Below, piece after piece: positions 10,646 to 21,279 of a DNA stretch of 64,000 nt. Source of the DNA: an uncultured beta proteobacterium (GTDB lineage Bacteria; Pseudomonadota; Gammaproteobacteria; Burkholderiales; Burkholderiaceae_A); assembly GCA_902625535.1 (NCBI GenBank), contig CACOBT010000007.1, positions 5,220 through 69,219 on the forward strand. Reading direction: 5' to 3'. The position numbers were made by a program, and so were the translations under genes. The notes below the pieces were generated by a model. The model was not told the origin of the DNA. It did no database searches and saw only the letters and a program-made list of their open reading frames with translations. Numbering within the stretch: position 1 is the stretch's first letter; each line of letters opens with the position of its first letter.

Positions 10646-13011
10646 CGAAAATTATCAAAACTTGATGGCATGGGCTTTAGCTGATTGATCCTTCTGTAAT
10701 TTGGAATTCCACGTTTAAGTGCATTTAGTGGATCAGCACCAACCCTCGCGATACCATTTAACTCAATTTGAAAAAACAAGGCATTAGTAGCTTCCGTTGA
10801 ACCGGTTACATAACGCTGAGCTACTAGTCTTGAGACCCAACAACCTCCATTGTACTCCAACCCAAAGAGAGCTTCCACTAATCCGGGCGGCTGATTGCCT
10901 GACGCCTCGCTTCTACTTTGGAAAGAGTAGTTATATCTACCTACAGCATACCAATTATTTGATACCGGAGTTTGGAATGCTAAATCAGCCGAATCTACGG
11001 AGTTTCTGGTGAACCTGTAATCAAACGATATTGCTCGACCTGGCTTGGGCGAGAATCGAACACTAACGATTTGATTTTGCCAAAGCCCTAACTTTCGGGT
11101 GTACTGCCCCAGCGCTGATATAGAAAGATTCCCTGAAGCCTTAACACCAGTTTCAAAAAAAAGATCTGACTCGTCATCCTCCCTAACGGGTTGACCAGGA
11201 AGTACCACTCTTTGCCTATCAAAATAATATCGTTGTGCAACCGAGGCTCGCACTCGTTCAAACCCATTTCCGTCTAAAAATCTCGTTGTCAGAGCGGCGG
11301 TAAGAAAATTTTTATCTGCTACTCTGTCATCACCAAAAAAACTAGTTTCGGAGAGTAGTTGAGCTAAACTTGATGTCACACTGCTTGTATCAAAAACTGG
11401 AAAATCATCTTGGTTATGGTACGGTGTAAAGGCGTAAAAAAGCATCGGTTCGACAGTGTTAGTGTACATGTTTCCCCTAAATTTTGATTTTCTCTCAAGG
11501 GCAGAGGATAACTCCAAACTTATTCCCGGAACCAATCTTTCGTACGAATTTTTACTACCGTCTATGTTATTTGCATAAACTCCCAAGAGAGGTTGATCAA
11601 TTTTGAACCTCTTAGCAGTCTCGGATGAATTGCCATCTTTGGATTTGCTGTAAAGTGTATAGTGTATGTTAGATGCTGGAACCAGCTTTACAGCTCCTAG
11701 ATTGAATGGCGTCGAAAAACTAACCTTTCCAATAAATCGTGTACCATCTGTCAAAGAAGGATGTGTGAAATGCGTAGCCTCAGCCGCCAGCGTCATATCC
11801 ATTTCTTTGTGGCCAATTGAAACATCCGTACTTTTGCTAAAAGTTAATTTCGGACTCCACTCATATGGAGGCAAAATCGGTGCTCCAGGGTCTTGTAAAA
11901 CTTGATACCCCTGATAGCCACCCTGATAGGCCCAACCATTCAAGTTTCCATTAATTTGAATGGTAGTCGGTAATATTCTTTGAGATGCGGCTAAAACTGA
12001 CGCGCCAAAATCAGCAAAATAATCGTTATCTGATACTCTATTCAAATTTAAAGAAATGCTTGTTTGGGCTGGCAGACTATATCGCACGGAAGCTCTTCCG
12101 AGCCACCTGTCTTCACCAGCAATCTTGTCTGAAGGCAAAACCTGCAAGCCAACCTCTGTGTAATAATCTATCCCTAGAAGACGTAGGTCTGCCCCCACTT
12201 GAACTCCTCGACGGCCAACCAACCTTGGATAAAAAGTTAGGTCTCTATTTGGCGCAATATTCAAATAATAAGGAACTGTAAGATCCAAACCTAATTTTGA
12301 ATTTACAGAAAATGTAGGAGCAAGAAGCCCAGATTTTCTTTTTCCTGATATTGAAAACGATAAATTTCCTACCGGTATCAATTCCGAATTATTCCAATAC
12401 AACGAGGTGCCTTCCGTTCTTGCCACAGAACGTACATCATCTACGATTATTGTAGAGGACCTCAATTCCCAGGCAGGCCTATCAGCAGGACATGTTGTGA
12501 ATGTGGCACCGCGGAGAATTATCTCCTTCGGACGAATGAATTCTACCCTATCAGCTTTTCCTCTTCCATTAATCCTTGTGAAATCGTATCTAACATCCTC
12601 AAAAAATCCCTGCATCGTCAATGGATTCAACGAGAGACGAGGCCCAGTATATAACTCTCCTTCCCTAAAGAAAGTAACATCTCCTACAGCATCTAACTCA
12701 CTATTCACAAGATCATAAACTAATTTATCGGCACTCAAACTGATACCTGACTTTCTATACTGAGCACTATTTTCTACAATTATTTTGTCGTCAATTTGGC
12801 CTGTTATTTTCTCCCCAAGCAAATAACTTGGACCAATAATGTCTGGGCTAAGCTTCAAAGTTAAATCAGAATCTATCCTTAGTTCAAAATTAGAACTTAA
12901 AATCGAATCCGGATTATCTGCATTAGTCTCTCCAGAAACTTTTTTTTGTATACTAAATACGCATACTATAATAAATATAATGCTATTGAGAAAAAACCGG
13001 TAGGTAATCAT
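10642..13011 (-). CDS. lptD: LPS-assembly outer membrane protein LptD
   Basis: 789 aa with signal peptide, OstA-like N-domain and large beta-barrel region. lptD-surA-rsmA synteny. Confidence 0.9.
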   Translation of the reverse strand: MITYRFFLNSIIFIIVCVFSIQKKVSGETNADNPDSILSSNFELRIDSDLTLKLSPDIIGPSYLLGEKITGQIDDKIIVENSAQYRKSGISLSADKLVYDLVNSELDAVGDVTFFREGELYTGPRLSLNPLTMQGFFEDVRYDFTRINGRGKADRVEFIRPKEIILRGATFTTCPADRPAWELRSSTIIVDDVRSVARTEGTSLYWNNSELIPVGNLSFSISGKRKSGLLAPTFSVNSKLGLDLTVPYYLNIAPNRDLTFYPRLVGRRGVQVGADLRLLGIDYYTEVGLQVLPSDKIAGEDRWLGRASVRYSLPAQTSISLNLNRVSDNDYFADFGASVLAASQRILPTTIQINGNLNGWAYQGGYQGYQVLQDPGAPILPPYEWSPKLTFSKSTDVSIGHKEMDMTLAAEATHFTHPSLTDGTRFIGKVSFSTPFNLGAVKLVPASNIHYTLYSKSKDGNSSETAKRFKIDQPLLGVYANNIDGSKNSYERLVPGISLELSSALERKSKFRGNMYTNTVEPMLFYAFTPYHNQDDFPVFDTSSVTSSLAQLLSETSFFGDDRVADKNFLTAALTTRFLDGNGFERVRASVAQRYYFDRQRVVLPGQPVREDDESDLFFETGVKASGNLSISALGQYTRKLGLWQNQIVSVRFSPKPGRAISFDYRFTRNSVDSADLAFQTPVSNNWYAVGRYNYSFQSRSEASGNQPPGLVEALFGLEYNGGCWVSRLVAQRYVTGSTEATNALFFQIELNGIARVGADPLNALKRGIPNYRRINQLKPMPSSFDNFR

Positions 13012-13046
13012 CGCTATCTTTATACTTTATCACTTATTAACATAAC

Positions 13047-14090
13047 TTGACTAAACCATTGACCGAGAGCAAGAACGATATCCGATTATCCCAAGCGAAA
13101 AAATGGATAGATTCATGTATTTTAAAAGACTGCCAAACTTATCATATAGCCCCTATATCATCCGATGCGTCTTTCCGTAGATATTTTAGAATAACTGCAT
13201 CAAGTCTTGATCGTCCTCTAATTCTAATGGACTCCCCCCCGGAAAAGGAGCCTATACAAAAATTTTTGTCTCGAGCAGCAATCTTTAGTGAGCTGAAAAT
13301 AACCATTCCGACAATATATGCTCAAAATCTTCCAAATGGTTTTCTAATTATTGAAGATTTTGGAGATACGACACTCCTGAAGGAGATTGCAAAAAGTAAG
13401 AAACCCGTAGAGCTCCTATTTTCAACGATCGACATATTACTTCAAATTGAATCCGAATATCAAAAAAAGAAAAAAATTTGTGATCGGATTATCGAATCTT
13501 TCTCGGAAGAAGAACTGCTAGATGAGTTAAATCTTTTTCGGGATTGGTATGTTGGCACCCACTTAAATCAGAGTTATAAATCTTTTTCCAATAAAGATTT
13601 TAAGAACTTTTGCTATCTCTTAACCTCATCAATATTGAGAGAACCGAAGATACTCATTCATAGAGACTTTCACAGCAAAAATCTTATGTATATTCAAGAA
13701 TTAAAAAAAATTGGTGTTATCGATTTCCAGGATGCGGTTATAGGCCCGCTTACATATGATTTGGTATCCCTCTTGAAAGATGCTTACGTTAATTATGACG
13801 AAGATACTGAGCATGCATGCCTAAGTTATTTTTATAGAAAAATGACGGAGCGTGGGATTCTAAAAAAAGATTTTGAATCTTTCAAAAAGTCCTACGACTA
13901 CACGGCAATTCAGAGGAACATAAAAATCATTGGTATATTTTGCAGGCTGAAATATCGAGACAAAAAGGACAACTATATGACTTTTATCACAAAATTGATT
14001 CATCGAACCCATTCAATTAGTAAAAAATACACCGAATTAAGTTTCATCACAAATTTTTTCAGAGGAATCCTTAATAATCCTTTAAACTAA
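13047..14090 (+). CDS. amgK: aminoglycoside-phosphotransferase-fold kinase, probable anomeric MurNAc/GlcNAc kinase
   Basis: Catalytic loop 'LIHRDFHSKNLMY' and 'VIDFQDA'. Divergent from lptD and followed by murU, as in Pseudomonas amgK-murU. Confidence 0.7.
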   Translation: MTKPLTESKNDIRLSQAKKWIDSCILKDCQTYHIAPISSDASFRRYFRITASSLDRPLILMDSPPEKEPIQKFLSRAAIFSELKITIPTIYAQNLPNGFLIIEDFGDTTLLKEIAKSKKPVELLFSTIDILLQIESEYQKKKKICDRIIESFSEEELLDELNLFRDWYVGTHLNQSYKSFSNKDFKNFCYLLTSSILREPKILIHRDFHSKNLMYIQELKKIGVIDFQDAVIGPLTYDLVSLLKDAYVNYDEDTEHACLSYFYRKMTERGILKKDFESFKKSYDYTAIQRNIKIIGIFCRLKYRDKKDNYMTFITKLIHRTHSISKKYTELSFITNFFRGILNNPLN

Positions 14091-14095
14091 TTCAG

Positions 14096-14821
14096 ATGAA
14101 TGCAATGATACTCGCTGCTGGAAGAGGGAATAGATTAATGCCTCTCACAAAACACATTCCGAAACCGCTTATAAAAATCAACGGTAAATCAATATTAAGG
14201 CAACAACTTGATGGACTTCACAACGCAGGATTTCTTAACGTAGTTATAAATATTTCATACCTGGGTCACTTGATTCTCAAAGAATTTGGTTATCGACACA
14301 AGGGTTTAAATATTTCTTATTCTTTCGAACCATCCCAGCCTCTTGAAACTGCGGGTGGCATCGCTTTTGCAAAGCCATGGAGACTTCTAGGTCAACCATT
14401 TCTAGTAATAAATTCCGATATCATATGCGACTGGCCACTGAGTAAGGCCCTTAGAATATCATCCGATGGTTTCCTTAAAAAAAAACTTGCTTATCTAGTT
14501 TTGACGAGTAGTATGTCACATCATGGAGACTTTTATCTTTCTAAAAACACGGTATTTAATACAGTAGGTGATCAATCTACAAATAGGTCACATAAACTTA
14601 CCTTTACCGGTATTGGGATTTATCGGCCGGAATTTTTTAATGGTGTGAGACGGGGAACGTCCCGTAGCCTCAGGGATGTCCTCATTCCCGCAATCGGCGA
14701 GGGATTAGTGATGGGAGAGTACCACGATGGAATTTGGGAGGACATAGGCACAAAAGAAAACCTTAAAAGAATCGAAAATATCTATAAAAGTCGGGAGGAA
14801 AAAGTTGACGAGAGAAATTAA
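14096..14821 (+). CDS. murU: nucleotidyltransferase, probable MurNAc-alpha-1-phosphate uridylyltransferase
   Basis: N-terminal 'MILAAGRGNRLMPLTKHIPKPL' sugar-nucleotidyltransferase loop. Adjacent to the amgK-like gene. Confidence 0.75.
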   Translation: MNAMILAAGRGNRLMPLTKHIPKPLIKINGKSILRQQLDGLHNAGFLNVVINISYLGHLILKEFGYRHKGLNISYSFEPSQPLETAGGIAFAKPWRLLGQPFLVINSDIICDWPLSKALRISSDGFLKKKLAYLVLTSSMSHHGDFYLSKNTVFNTVGDQSTNRSHKLTFTGIGIYRPEFFNGVRRGTSRSLRDVLIPAIGEGLVMGEYHDGIWEDIGTKENLKRIENIYKSREEKVDERN

Positions 14822-16151
14822 AAAAAAATCTTTGTCTAGAACGATAAATTACGAGAAATTTAAAAAACGAAGACTTGTACTAAAAAAGAATTTGCAACAA
14901 ATAACTGCTGGTAAACCGTTTACTGCGATTCTACACTCTGGTCTGGAAGTTAGCAGGAATGGTGATGTCTTCTATCCATTTAGATGCGATAGCAACTTTT
15001 ACTATCTCACAGGCTTTAATGAGTCGAATGCCTGGATGATGATGTATTCAGACGGAAAGCGACAATACGAAGAAATAATAATATCAAAAACTAAAGATAA
15101 AACAAAAGAGTTATGGGATGGTGACATAATTGGACAAGAGAAAGCAAAAAAAAAGTATTTGTTTGATAAAGCGTACTCTATCGAAGTAGTTGATCAAACA
15201 GTAATTTCTAAACTGGAATTATCTCAATGTATTTTCTTTCCTATCTCTGACAGAAACTTCTCGCGAACGGTTTCTGACTGGTTATCCAAATTGACACGTA
15301 AAAAGCGCATGGGAATTGATAACCCAGATCACTTAGGTGACTTAAGCCGGATACTTGAAAATCAGCGAGTGGTAAAAGATTTATACGAATTGAAAATTAT
15401 GAAAAAGGCAGCAAGTATTTCGGCCGCTGCGCACATAGAAGCCATGAAAGTTTCTAAACCCGGTCTAAAAGAATTTGATATCGAAACTGAGTTATTGCGG
15501 GTTTTTCGGAATAATGGAGCGTATGATGTTGCATATCCCTGCATCGTTGCAGGTGGACCTAATGCATGCGTTCTTCATCATAAAGCAGGATCTAGGCTAT
15601 TACAAAAAAATGATCTAGTACTTATTGATGCTGGATGCGAGTTACAAGGGTATGCGTCTGACATAACAAGGACGTTTCCAGTGTCCGGTAAATTTACAGA
15701 AGCTCAAAAACTCATATATGAGATTGTTCTACAAGCTCAGAAAGATGCTATTCAAAAGATCAAAGTAGGGAAAAAGTATGCCACCCCTCACGATGCAGCT
15801 GTAAGATCTATAACCAAAAACTTGATAGATGCAGGTCTAATTAAGAACAAAAGTGTTGATGAAGCAATTGAAAAACGAGATTATCAGAGATTTTATATGC
15901 ACAAAACAGGCCACTGGCTAGGATTAGATGTTCATGATGTTGGTTCTTACGATACCACCTTTAAAGAAAATATGGTCTTGACTGTCGAGCCAGGAATATA
16001 CATACGCCCATCTAAAGATATTCCTCGCGAATTTTGGAATATAGGGATTAGAATAGAGGACGATGTAGTTGTAAAAGAAGAAGGATGTGAACTTATTAGC
16101 AGAGGTGTGCCAGTTGAACTAAATGAAGTAGAAAAACTTGCAAGTCTATAA
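14805..16151 (+). CDS. pepP: Xaa-Pro aminopeptidase (M24B)
   Basis: Metal-ligand contexts 'LIDAGCELQGYASDITRTF', 'HKTGHWLGLDVHD', 'TVEPGIY', 'IRIEDDV'. Starts at TTG. Confidence 0.9.
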   Translation: MTREIKKKSLSRTINYEKFKKRRLVLKKNLQQITAGKPFTAILHSGLEVSRNGDVFYPFRCDSNFYYLTGFNESNAWMMMYSDGKRQYEEIIISKTKDKTKELWDGDIIGQEKAKKKYLFDKAYSIEVVDQTVISKLELSQCIFFPISDRNFSRTVSDWLSKLTRKKRMGIDNPDHLGDLSRILENQRVVKDLYELKIMKKAASISAAAHIEAMKVSKPGLKEFDIETELLRVFRNNGAYDVAYPCIVAGGPNACVLHHKAGSRLLQKNDLVLIDAGCELQGYASDITRTFPVSGKFTEAQKLIYEIVLQAQKDAIQKIKVGKKYATPHDAAVRSITKNLIDAGLIKNKSVDEAIEKRDYQRFYMHKTGHWLGLDVHDVGSYDTTFKENMVLTVEPGIYIRPSKDIPREFWNIGIRIEDDVVVKEEGCELISRGVPVELNEVEKLASL

Positions 16152-16168
16152 AAACCGCAATTCATAAA

Positions 16169-16441
16169 ATGATAACGAGATCACCAAAAAATGATAAACC
16201 CCCGTTGGAGGAAACGCTAGTTGAATGTCTCGATATATACTTTCAGCGGCTAGGAGAACAAAAGCCTCATGCTGTTTTAGCGATGGTTACCGAGGTTATT
16301 GAAAAACCAACGATTGTTTACGTGATTAAAAAAACTGGGGGCAATATATCAAAAGCAAGTGAGATACTTGGCGTAACGAGGGCGACCCTGCGAAAAAAAA
16401 TATCAAAGTATAAAATCGAGAATGGCAGACCCTTAAAATGA
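16169..16441 (+). CDS. fis: DNA-binding protein Fis
   Basis: 90 aa. C-terminal HTH 'GGNISKASEILGVTRATLRKKISKY'. Immediately upstream of purH. Confidence 0.85.
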   Translation: MITRSPKNDKPPLEETLVECLDIYFQRLGEQKPHAVLAMVTEVIEKPTIVYVIKKTGGNISKASEILGVTRATLRKKISKYKIENGRPLK

Positions 16442-18033
16442 AAAATGTTAATAATGCTCTTTTATCTGTTTACGACAAGAGAGGCTTAGAGGCTTTCGCA
16501 AAAGGACTTGTGGAACAAAATATCAATATCATATCGACAGGCGGAACCGCCAATATCCTTGAGCAAAAAGGAATAAAAACCACTAAGGTTGAGGAGATTA
16601 CCAATTTCCCCGAAATTTTGGATGGAAGGGTAAAAACCCTAAATCACAAAATTCACGGTGGAATTCTAGCGAAACGGGACAATAAGGAGCATTTAAAAGT
16701 ATTGACTAACTTAGAGATTCCGATGATAGATCTAGTTGTTGTTAACCTTTACCCATTTGAGGACATCCGAAAGCAGTCTGTTGGAGATGAAAACAAAATT
16801 ATTGAGGGAATTGACATTGGAGGATCAACCTTAATAAGGGCTGCGGCGAAGAACTTCCGTGACGTAATTGTAGTTGTTGATCCCGAGGACTATGCATCGA
16901 TTTTGGACCAGATAAGACAAAAAAATTCCCTGCTCAGCTTTCGAAAAGAGTTGGCTAAGAAAGCCTTTCAACACACCTGCTATTACGATGCTGCTATCTC
17001 AGATTATTTTTTTTGTGATGAAGAAAAAGTGTCCAATACTCAATCACACGATGGGCTAGAATCTGAATCTATACTAATACACCTAAGAAAAGTTCAGAGA
17101 TTAAAATACGGAGAAAATCCACATCAGAGGGCAAACGTCTATGTAAACTTGTGTGAAAATAAAAATTCAACTATTCTCGAAAGTCAGGTTCAAGGAAATG
17201 AAATTTCATTTAATAATTTGCTCGATATCGAAACAGCTTTCCAGTGCGTCAGTGCAGTGAAGGAAAAATGCTGTACGATTGTAAAACACAACAATCCCTG
17301 TGGTGCAGCTATTGGAAATAATTCGTTGGACGCTTTTCAAAAAGCCAAAGAATGCGACCAGATTTCTTTTTTTGGTGGGGTCGTTGCATTTAACCATGAG
17401 ATTGATGAGGAATTAGCTAAATTACTTACGAGTTTTTTTTTGGAAGTCGTTATAGCTACTAATATTACCGCCGGTGCGAAAACACTCTTTAGGAAGAAAA
17501 AGAATTTGAAAGTTTTTTCCCACCCGGTTCTTTCGCAAAATAAACCGGCTCTATTAGATATTCGTAAACTTAATGAACTATATCTTGTCCAGGAATCTGA
17601 TGGCTTTGGGTTGGAAAAATCAATTGATCTTTGTGACAACGAGTTGACATCCGTTACATCAAAAGTTCCTTCAGCCAAGCAAATCAGAGATGCTCGCTTC
17701 GCATGGCATATTGCAAAATTTGTTAAGAGTAACGCGATAGTACTGTGTAAAGATCTTAAAACTATCGGCATAGGTGCCGGTCAAACGAGCAGGATTGACG
17801 CCACTAGAATCGCAATAAAAAAAGCATTAGATAACGGTTTTGATCTTAAGGATGCGGTGGTTGCATCCGATGCATTTTTCCCTTTCAAGGATAATATTGA
17901 GGAAATTGCAACCAGCGGTGCCTCATGTATTATACAACCAGGAGGATCAATTAAAGATGAGGAGGTCGTAGCCACTGCTCAAAAGCTCGGTGTGAGCATG
18001 ATCATGACCAAAATGCGTCATTTTAGGCATTAG
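16438..18033 (+). CDS. purH: bifunctional AICAR transformylase / IMP cyclohydrolase
   Basis: 'ALLSVYDKRGL', 'IISTGGTA', 'VKHNNPCGAA' blocks. 531 aa. Confidence 0.95.
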   Translation: MKNVNNALLSVYDKRGLEAFAKGLVEQNINIISTGGTANILEQKGIKTTKVEEITNFPEILDGRVKTLNHKIHGGILAKRDNKEHLKVLTNLEIPMIDLVVVNLYPFEDIRKQSVGDENKIIEGIDIGGSTLIRAAAKNFRDVIVVVDPEDYASILDQIRQKNSLLSFRKELAKKAFQHTCYYDAAISDYFFCDEEKVSNTQSHDGLESESILIHLRKVQRLKYGENPHQRANVYVNLCENKNSTILESQVQGNEISFNNLLDIETAFQCVSAVKEKCCTIVKHNNPCGAAIGNNSLDAFQKAKECDQISFFGGVVAFNHEIDEELAKLLTSFFLEVVIATNITAGAKTLFRKKKNLKVFSHPVLSQNKPALLDIRKLNELYLVQESDGFGLEKSIDLCDNELTSVTSKVPSAKQIRDARFAWHIAKFVKSNAIVLCKDLKTIGIGAGQTSRIDATRIAIKKALDNGFDLKDAVVASDAFFPFKDNIEEIATSGASCIIQPGGSIKDEEVVATAQKLGVSMIMTKMRHFRH

Positions 18034-18034
18034 A

Positions 18035-18541
18035 ATGGTTATTCTCGGCATAGATCCCGGCTTACGTAACACAGGATTTGGTGTAATCGAGTTAAAAAAA
18101 AATTTGGTTACTTACATTTCAAGTGGCACAGTAAGCTCTCAAAGTAACGATACAAATGCGGATAGATTAAAAGATATTTTCATGGGTGTAACAGAGGTAA
18201 TCCGAAGCTACGAACCAAAGTACGCTGTAATGGAAAAAGTGTTTGTTAACACCAACCCAAAAACAACATTGGCTTTGGGGCAGGCTAGAGGTGCCTCATT
18301 GACGGCGATAGCCTTGGAAAAAATCCCTCTTCTTGAATTAAGTTCGAATGAGATAAAAAAATCTGTTGTTGGAAACGGACATGCTACAAAATCGCAAATG
18401 CAATTTATGGTAAAAAATCTGTTAAATCTTAATAAAGAAGTTTGTCAGGACGCTTCTGATGCTCTTGCAAGTGCAATTACTCTTTCGCATAGGTTAAAAT
18501 TAAGACACCATGATCAACCGAATTTCGGGAACAATTATTGA
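18035..18541 (+). CDS. ruvC: Holliday junction resolvase RuvC
   Basis: 'ILGIDPGLRNTGFGVI' and 'DASDALASAI'. ruvCAB order. Confidence 0.93.
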   Translation: MVILGIDPGLRNTGFGVIELKKNLVTYISSGTVSSQSNDTNADRLKDIFMGVTEVIRSYEPKYAVMEKVFVNTNPKTTLALGQARGASLTAIALEKIPLLELSSNEIKKSVVGNGHATKSQMQFMVKNLLNLNKEVCQDASDALASAITLSHRLKLRHHDQPNFGNNY

Positions 18542-19070
18542 AAAGAATCCTTCGGCGATAGTTTTAAACGTTGGAGGAATAGGTTATGAAATAGGGATTC
18601 CAGTTAGTACTTTTTCAAAGTTACCGCAAATCGGAGAAAAAACACTATTATTCACCCATCTTTACATCAGAGAAGATTCTCATCAACTTTTCGGCTTTCT
18701 TGAAAAGCTGGAGAGAGATTTGTTTGGCAAGATCATCAAAGTGAGCGGAATCGGTCCTAGAGTTGGGATGGCAATCTTATCTACTATTTCCCCGATCGAC
18801 TTAGTAAGCTATGTAGAGAGTAGAAATGTAGAAAATTTGTGTCAAATTCCTGGAATAGGAAAAAAAACCGCAGAGCGAATGATTTTAGAATTAAACGGAA
18901 AAATTGGACAGGCATCCAAACCGCACAATAATGATAATGATGAACTAGTACACGCATTGTTATCGCTTGGGTACTCAGAAAAGGAGGTGAGGTCGACAGT
19001 TTCAGCCATTGAGTATAAGCTATCGATACAGGAAAAAATTAAAAAAGCCTTGAAATTATTATCCGGTTAA
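18510..19070 (+). CDS. ruvA: Holliday junction DNA helicase RuvA
   Basis: '[28 protein letters not shown]' and HhH '[16 protein letters not shown]'. Confidence 0.92.
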   Translation: MINRISGTIIEKNPSAIVLNVGGIGYEIGIPVSTFSKLPQIGEKTLLFTHLYIREDSHQLFGFLEKLERDLFGKIIKVSGIGPRVGMAILSTISPIDLVSYVESRNVENLCQIPGIGKKTAERMILELNGKIGQASKPHNNDNDELVHALLSLGYSEKEVRSTVSAIEYKLSIQEKIKKALKLLSG

Positions 19071-19074
19071 AGAA

Positions 19075-20160
19075 ATGATTAGATACAACGATAACGAATC
19101 AGGTAAACGAACTATAGTTGCCGAATCGCCAAATCAGCGCGAAGAAAAACTTGAGAAGGCGTTGAGACCTAAAAAACTTGATGACTATGTCGGACAGGAA
19201 AAGATCGTTGAGCAGATTAGAATAACAGTTCAAGCGGCCACAATGAGGAGTGAACCTGTTGATCACATACTCCTATTTGGTCCTCCAGGATTAGGAAAAA
19301 CGACGCTAGCTCATATTTTAGCGGAGGAAAGAGGCGTAGATTTGAAGACAACATCGGGTCCAGTTTTGGAACGAGCAGGTGATCTAGCTGCAATATTAAC
19401 GAACTTAGATAAAAATGATATTTTGTTCATAGACGAAATACACAGGGTCCCAACTGTAATAGAAGAAAAGCTTTACCCAGCTCTAGAGGACTTTAGTTTG
19501 GATATAATGCTAGGGGATGGACCCGGCGCGAAATCCGTTCAAATGCCTCTACAACCATTTACTTTAGTTGGTGCTACAACTAAGGCCGGAATGCTTACCA
19601 ATCCTCTACGCGATAGGTTTGGCTTGATCTTAAGATTGCAATTTTATACCGCAACAGAATTAAAAAAAATTTTGGAAAGATCCGCATCGTTATTAGGAGC
19701 AGATTATACAGATTCCGGAATAGGCGAAATTGCGAACAGATCAAGAGGAACTCCACGTATTGCAAATAGGTTGCTTAGGAGAGTACGTGATTACGCACAA
19801 GTAAAGTCAAACTCAGAAATATCTCAAAAAAATGCGTGTTTGGCCCTTGATTCATTAGACATAGACCAAATTGGATTTGATTCATTAGACCATATGTTAA
19901 TGAGTGCCATTATTGACAAATTTGATGGTGGTCCTGTTGGTGTTGAGAATTTAGCAGCCTCGCTTGGAGAAACAAAAAATACGATAGAGGATATTATCGA
20001 GCCATATCTTATTCAACAAGGATACCTACAACGCACACAAAAAGGCAGAGTCGCTACAAAAATTGGATTGGAACATTTTTCGAATAATGATTTTAAATTA
20101 AAGGAGAAATCTTTTTCTTTGGGGTATGGTGACAGTGCTACACAAGTTAAAGAAAGTTGA
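19075..20160 (+). CDS. ruvB: Holliday junction DNA helicase RuvB
   Basis: Walker A '[11 protein letters not shown]', 'FIDEIHR', '[16 protein letters not shown]'. Confidence 0.95.
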   Translation: MIRYNDNESGKRTIVAESPNQREEKLEKALRPKKLDDYVGQEKIVEQIRITVQAATMRSEPVDHILLFGPPGLGKTTLAHILAEERGVDLKTTSGPVLERAGDLAAILTNLDKNDILFIDEIHRVPTVIEEKLYPALEDFSLDIMLGDGPGAKSVQMPLQPFTLVGATTKAGMLTNPLRDRFGLILRLQFYTATELKKILERSASLLGADYTDSGIGEIANRSRGTPRIANRLLRRVRDYAQVKSNSEISQKNACLALDSLDIDQIGFDSLDHMLMSAIIDKFDGGPVGVENLAASLGETKNTIEDIIEPYLIQQGYLQRTQKGRVATKIGLEHFSNNDFKLKEKSFSLGYGDSATQVKES

Positions 20161-20162
20161 AA

Positions 20163-20831
20163 ATGATCGATAATGAGTTATCAATAGTTTTTCTAATTAT
20201 AAATGCAAGTTTGCCTGTTCAGTTTGTAATAGCAGTTTTAGCAGGTATTTCAATAGTTTCGTGGGGTATTATAATCTCGAAGTTCCTAGTTTTCCGTCGA
20301 GCAAAGAAATCTTCTTCTGAGTTTGAAAATGAATTTTGGTCTGGAGGAGAACTTATGGATCTAATGGGTAAAATTGAAAGCAGACAAATTCAGGGCGAGA
20401 TGCCACGTATTTTTAAGTCAGGTATGACTGAGTTTAGGAAGAGTGTTAACCAAGGTAATCTCCAGACCGAAGCTATTATAGACAACACAAGAAGAGCTCT
20501 GAAAGCAGCAACTTTTAAAGAGATTGATGAGCTAGAAAATAAACTTCCTTTTCTAGCTACGGCAGGCTCCGTTTCTCCATACATAGGTTTATTTGGAACT
20601 GTTTGGGGAATAATGCAAGCTTTCTTATCCCTAGCTAATATCGAACAAGCAACCTTAGCAAATGTTGCCCCTGGAATTGCAGAAGCGTTAATTGCAACCG
20701 CCATAGGATTGTTAGCCGCAATTCCAGCTGTAATAGCCTTTAACAATTTATCTACTAAGCTGGAGAGTCTTTCTTCTAAATTTGACACTTTTATTGAAGA
20801 GTTCTCAAATATATTACAAAGGCAGATTTAA
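20163..20831 (+). CDS. tolQ: Tol-Pal system protein TolQ
   Basis: MotA/TolQ/ExbB family with 3 TM segments and 'GLFGTVWGIMQAF'. ATG at 20163 preferred over TTG at 20157. Confidence 0.9.
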   Translation: MIDNELSIVFLIINASLPVQFVIAVLAGISIVSWGIIISKFLVFRRAKKSSSEFENEFWSGGELMDLMGKIESRQIQGEMPRIFKSGMTEFRKSVNQGNLQTEAIIDNTRRALKAATFKEIDELENKLPFLATAGSVSPYIGLFGTVWGIMQAFLSLANIEQATLANVAPGIAEALIATAIGLLAAIPAVIAFNNLSTKLESLSSKFDTFIEEFSNILQRQI

Positions 20832-21257
20832 ATGTCAATGCGAATCAAGAAATTAAGACGAGGGAAAATAATTAGCGAAATTAACGTCGTTCCTTACATA
20901 GATGTTATGTTAGTTTTACTAGTTATATTTATGGTAACAGCTCCCTTGATTACGACGGGTATTCTTAATCTTCCAGAAGTTAGCAAAACAGCGCCTAAGA
21001 AAGAGAATATAGTCACTATAGAGATAAGAAAAAACGAATCAATAAAAATAAAATTACAAAATGACAGGGTCGGAACAACAGTGACCAAATCAACCCTACT
21101 GGAAAATATTAGACGTATCCAGTCATCCTCTGGAGATAGTGCCGTTGTGATATCAGCGGAAAAAAATGTACCTTATAATATTGTTCTTGAGACAATTGAA
21201 ACACTGCATGTCGGGGGATTTAATCGTGTCGGCTTATTGGTAAAAAAGAAAAGATAA
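20832..21257 (+). CDS. tolR: Tol-Pal system protein TolR
   Basis: ExbD/TolR signature 'EINVVPYIDVMLVLLVIFMV'. Confidence 0.9.
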   Translation: MSMRIKKLRRGKIISEINVVPYIDVMLVLLVIFMVTAPLITTGILNLPEVSKTAPKKENIVTIEIRKNESIKIKLQNDRVGTTVTKSTLLENIRRIQSSSGDSAVVISAEKNVPYNIVLETIETLHVGGFNRVGLLVKKKR

Positions 21258-21279
21258 CTTATTTAATCTATATAAAAAA

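Noticed and set aside
13021-13033. Additional 'ATACTTTA' half-site matches: TATACTTTATCAC here, ATATACTTTAAAG at 61333-61345 and AATACTTTACATG at 61379-61391
   Set aside because: Only one half of the palindrome is present. In this AT-rich DNA they look like ordinary -10-type TATACT hexamers in divergent promoter regions. I did not count them as operator copies. They do caution that part of the motif overlaps generic promoter sequence.
17337-17771. 144-aa ORF antisense to purH. Others are antisense to housekeeping genes: 4971-5459, 20390-20788, 12407-12718, 23165-23512 and 25477-25812.
   Set aside because: Same reason. They overlap strongly conserved genes in the opposite frame, and nothing suggests independent coding.
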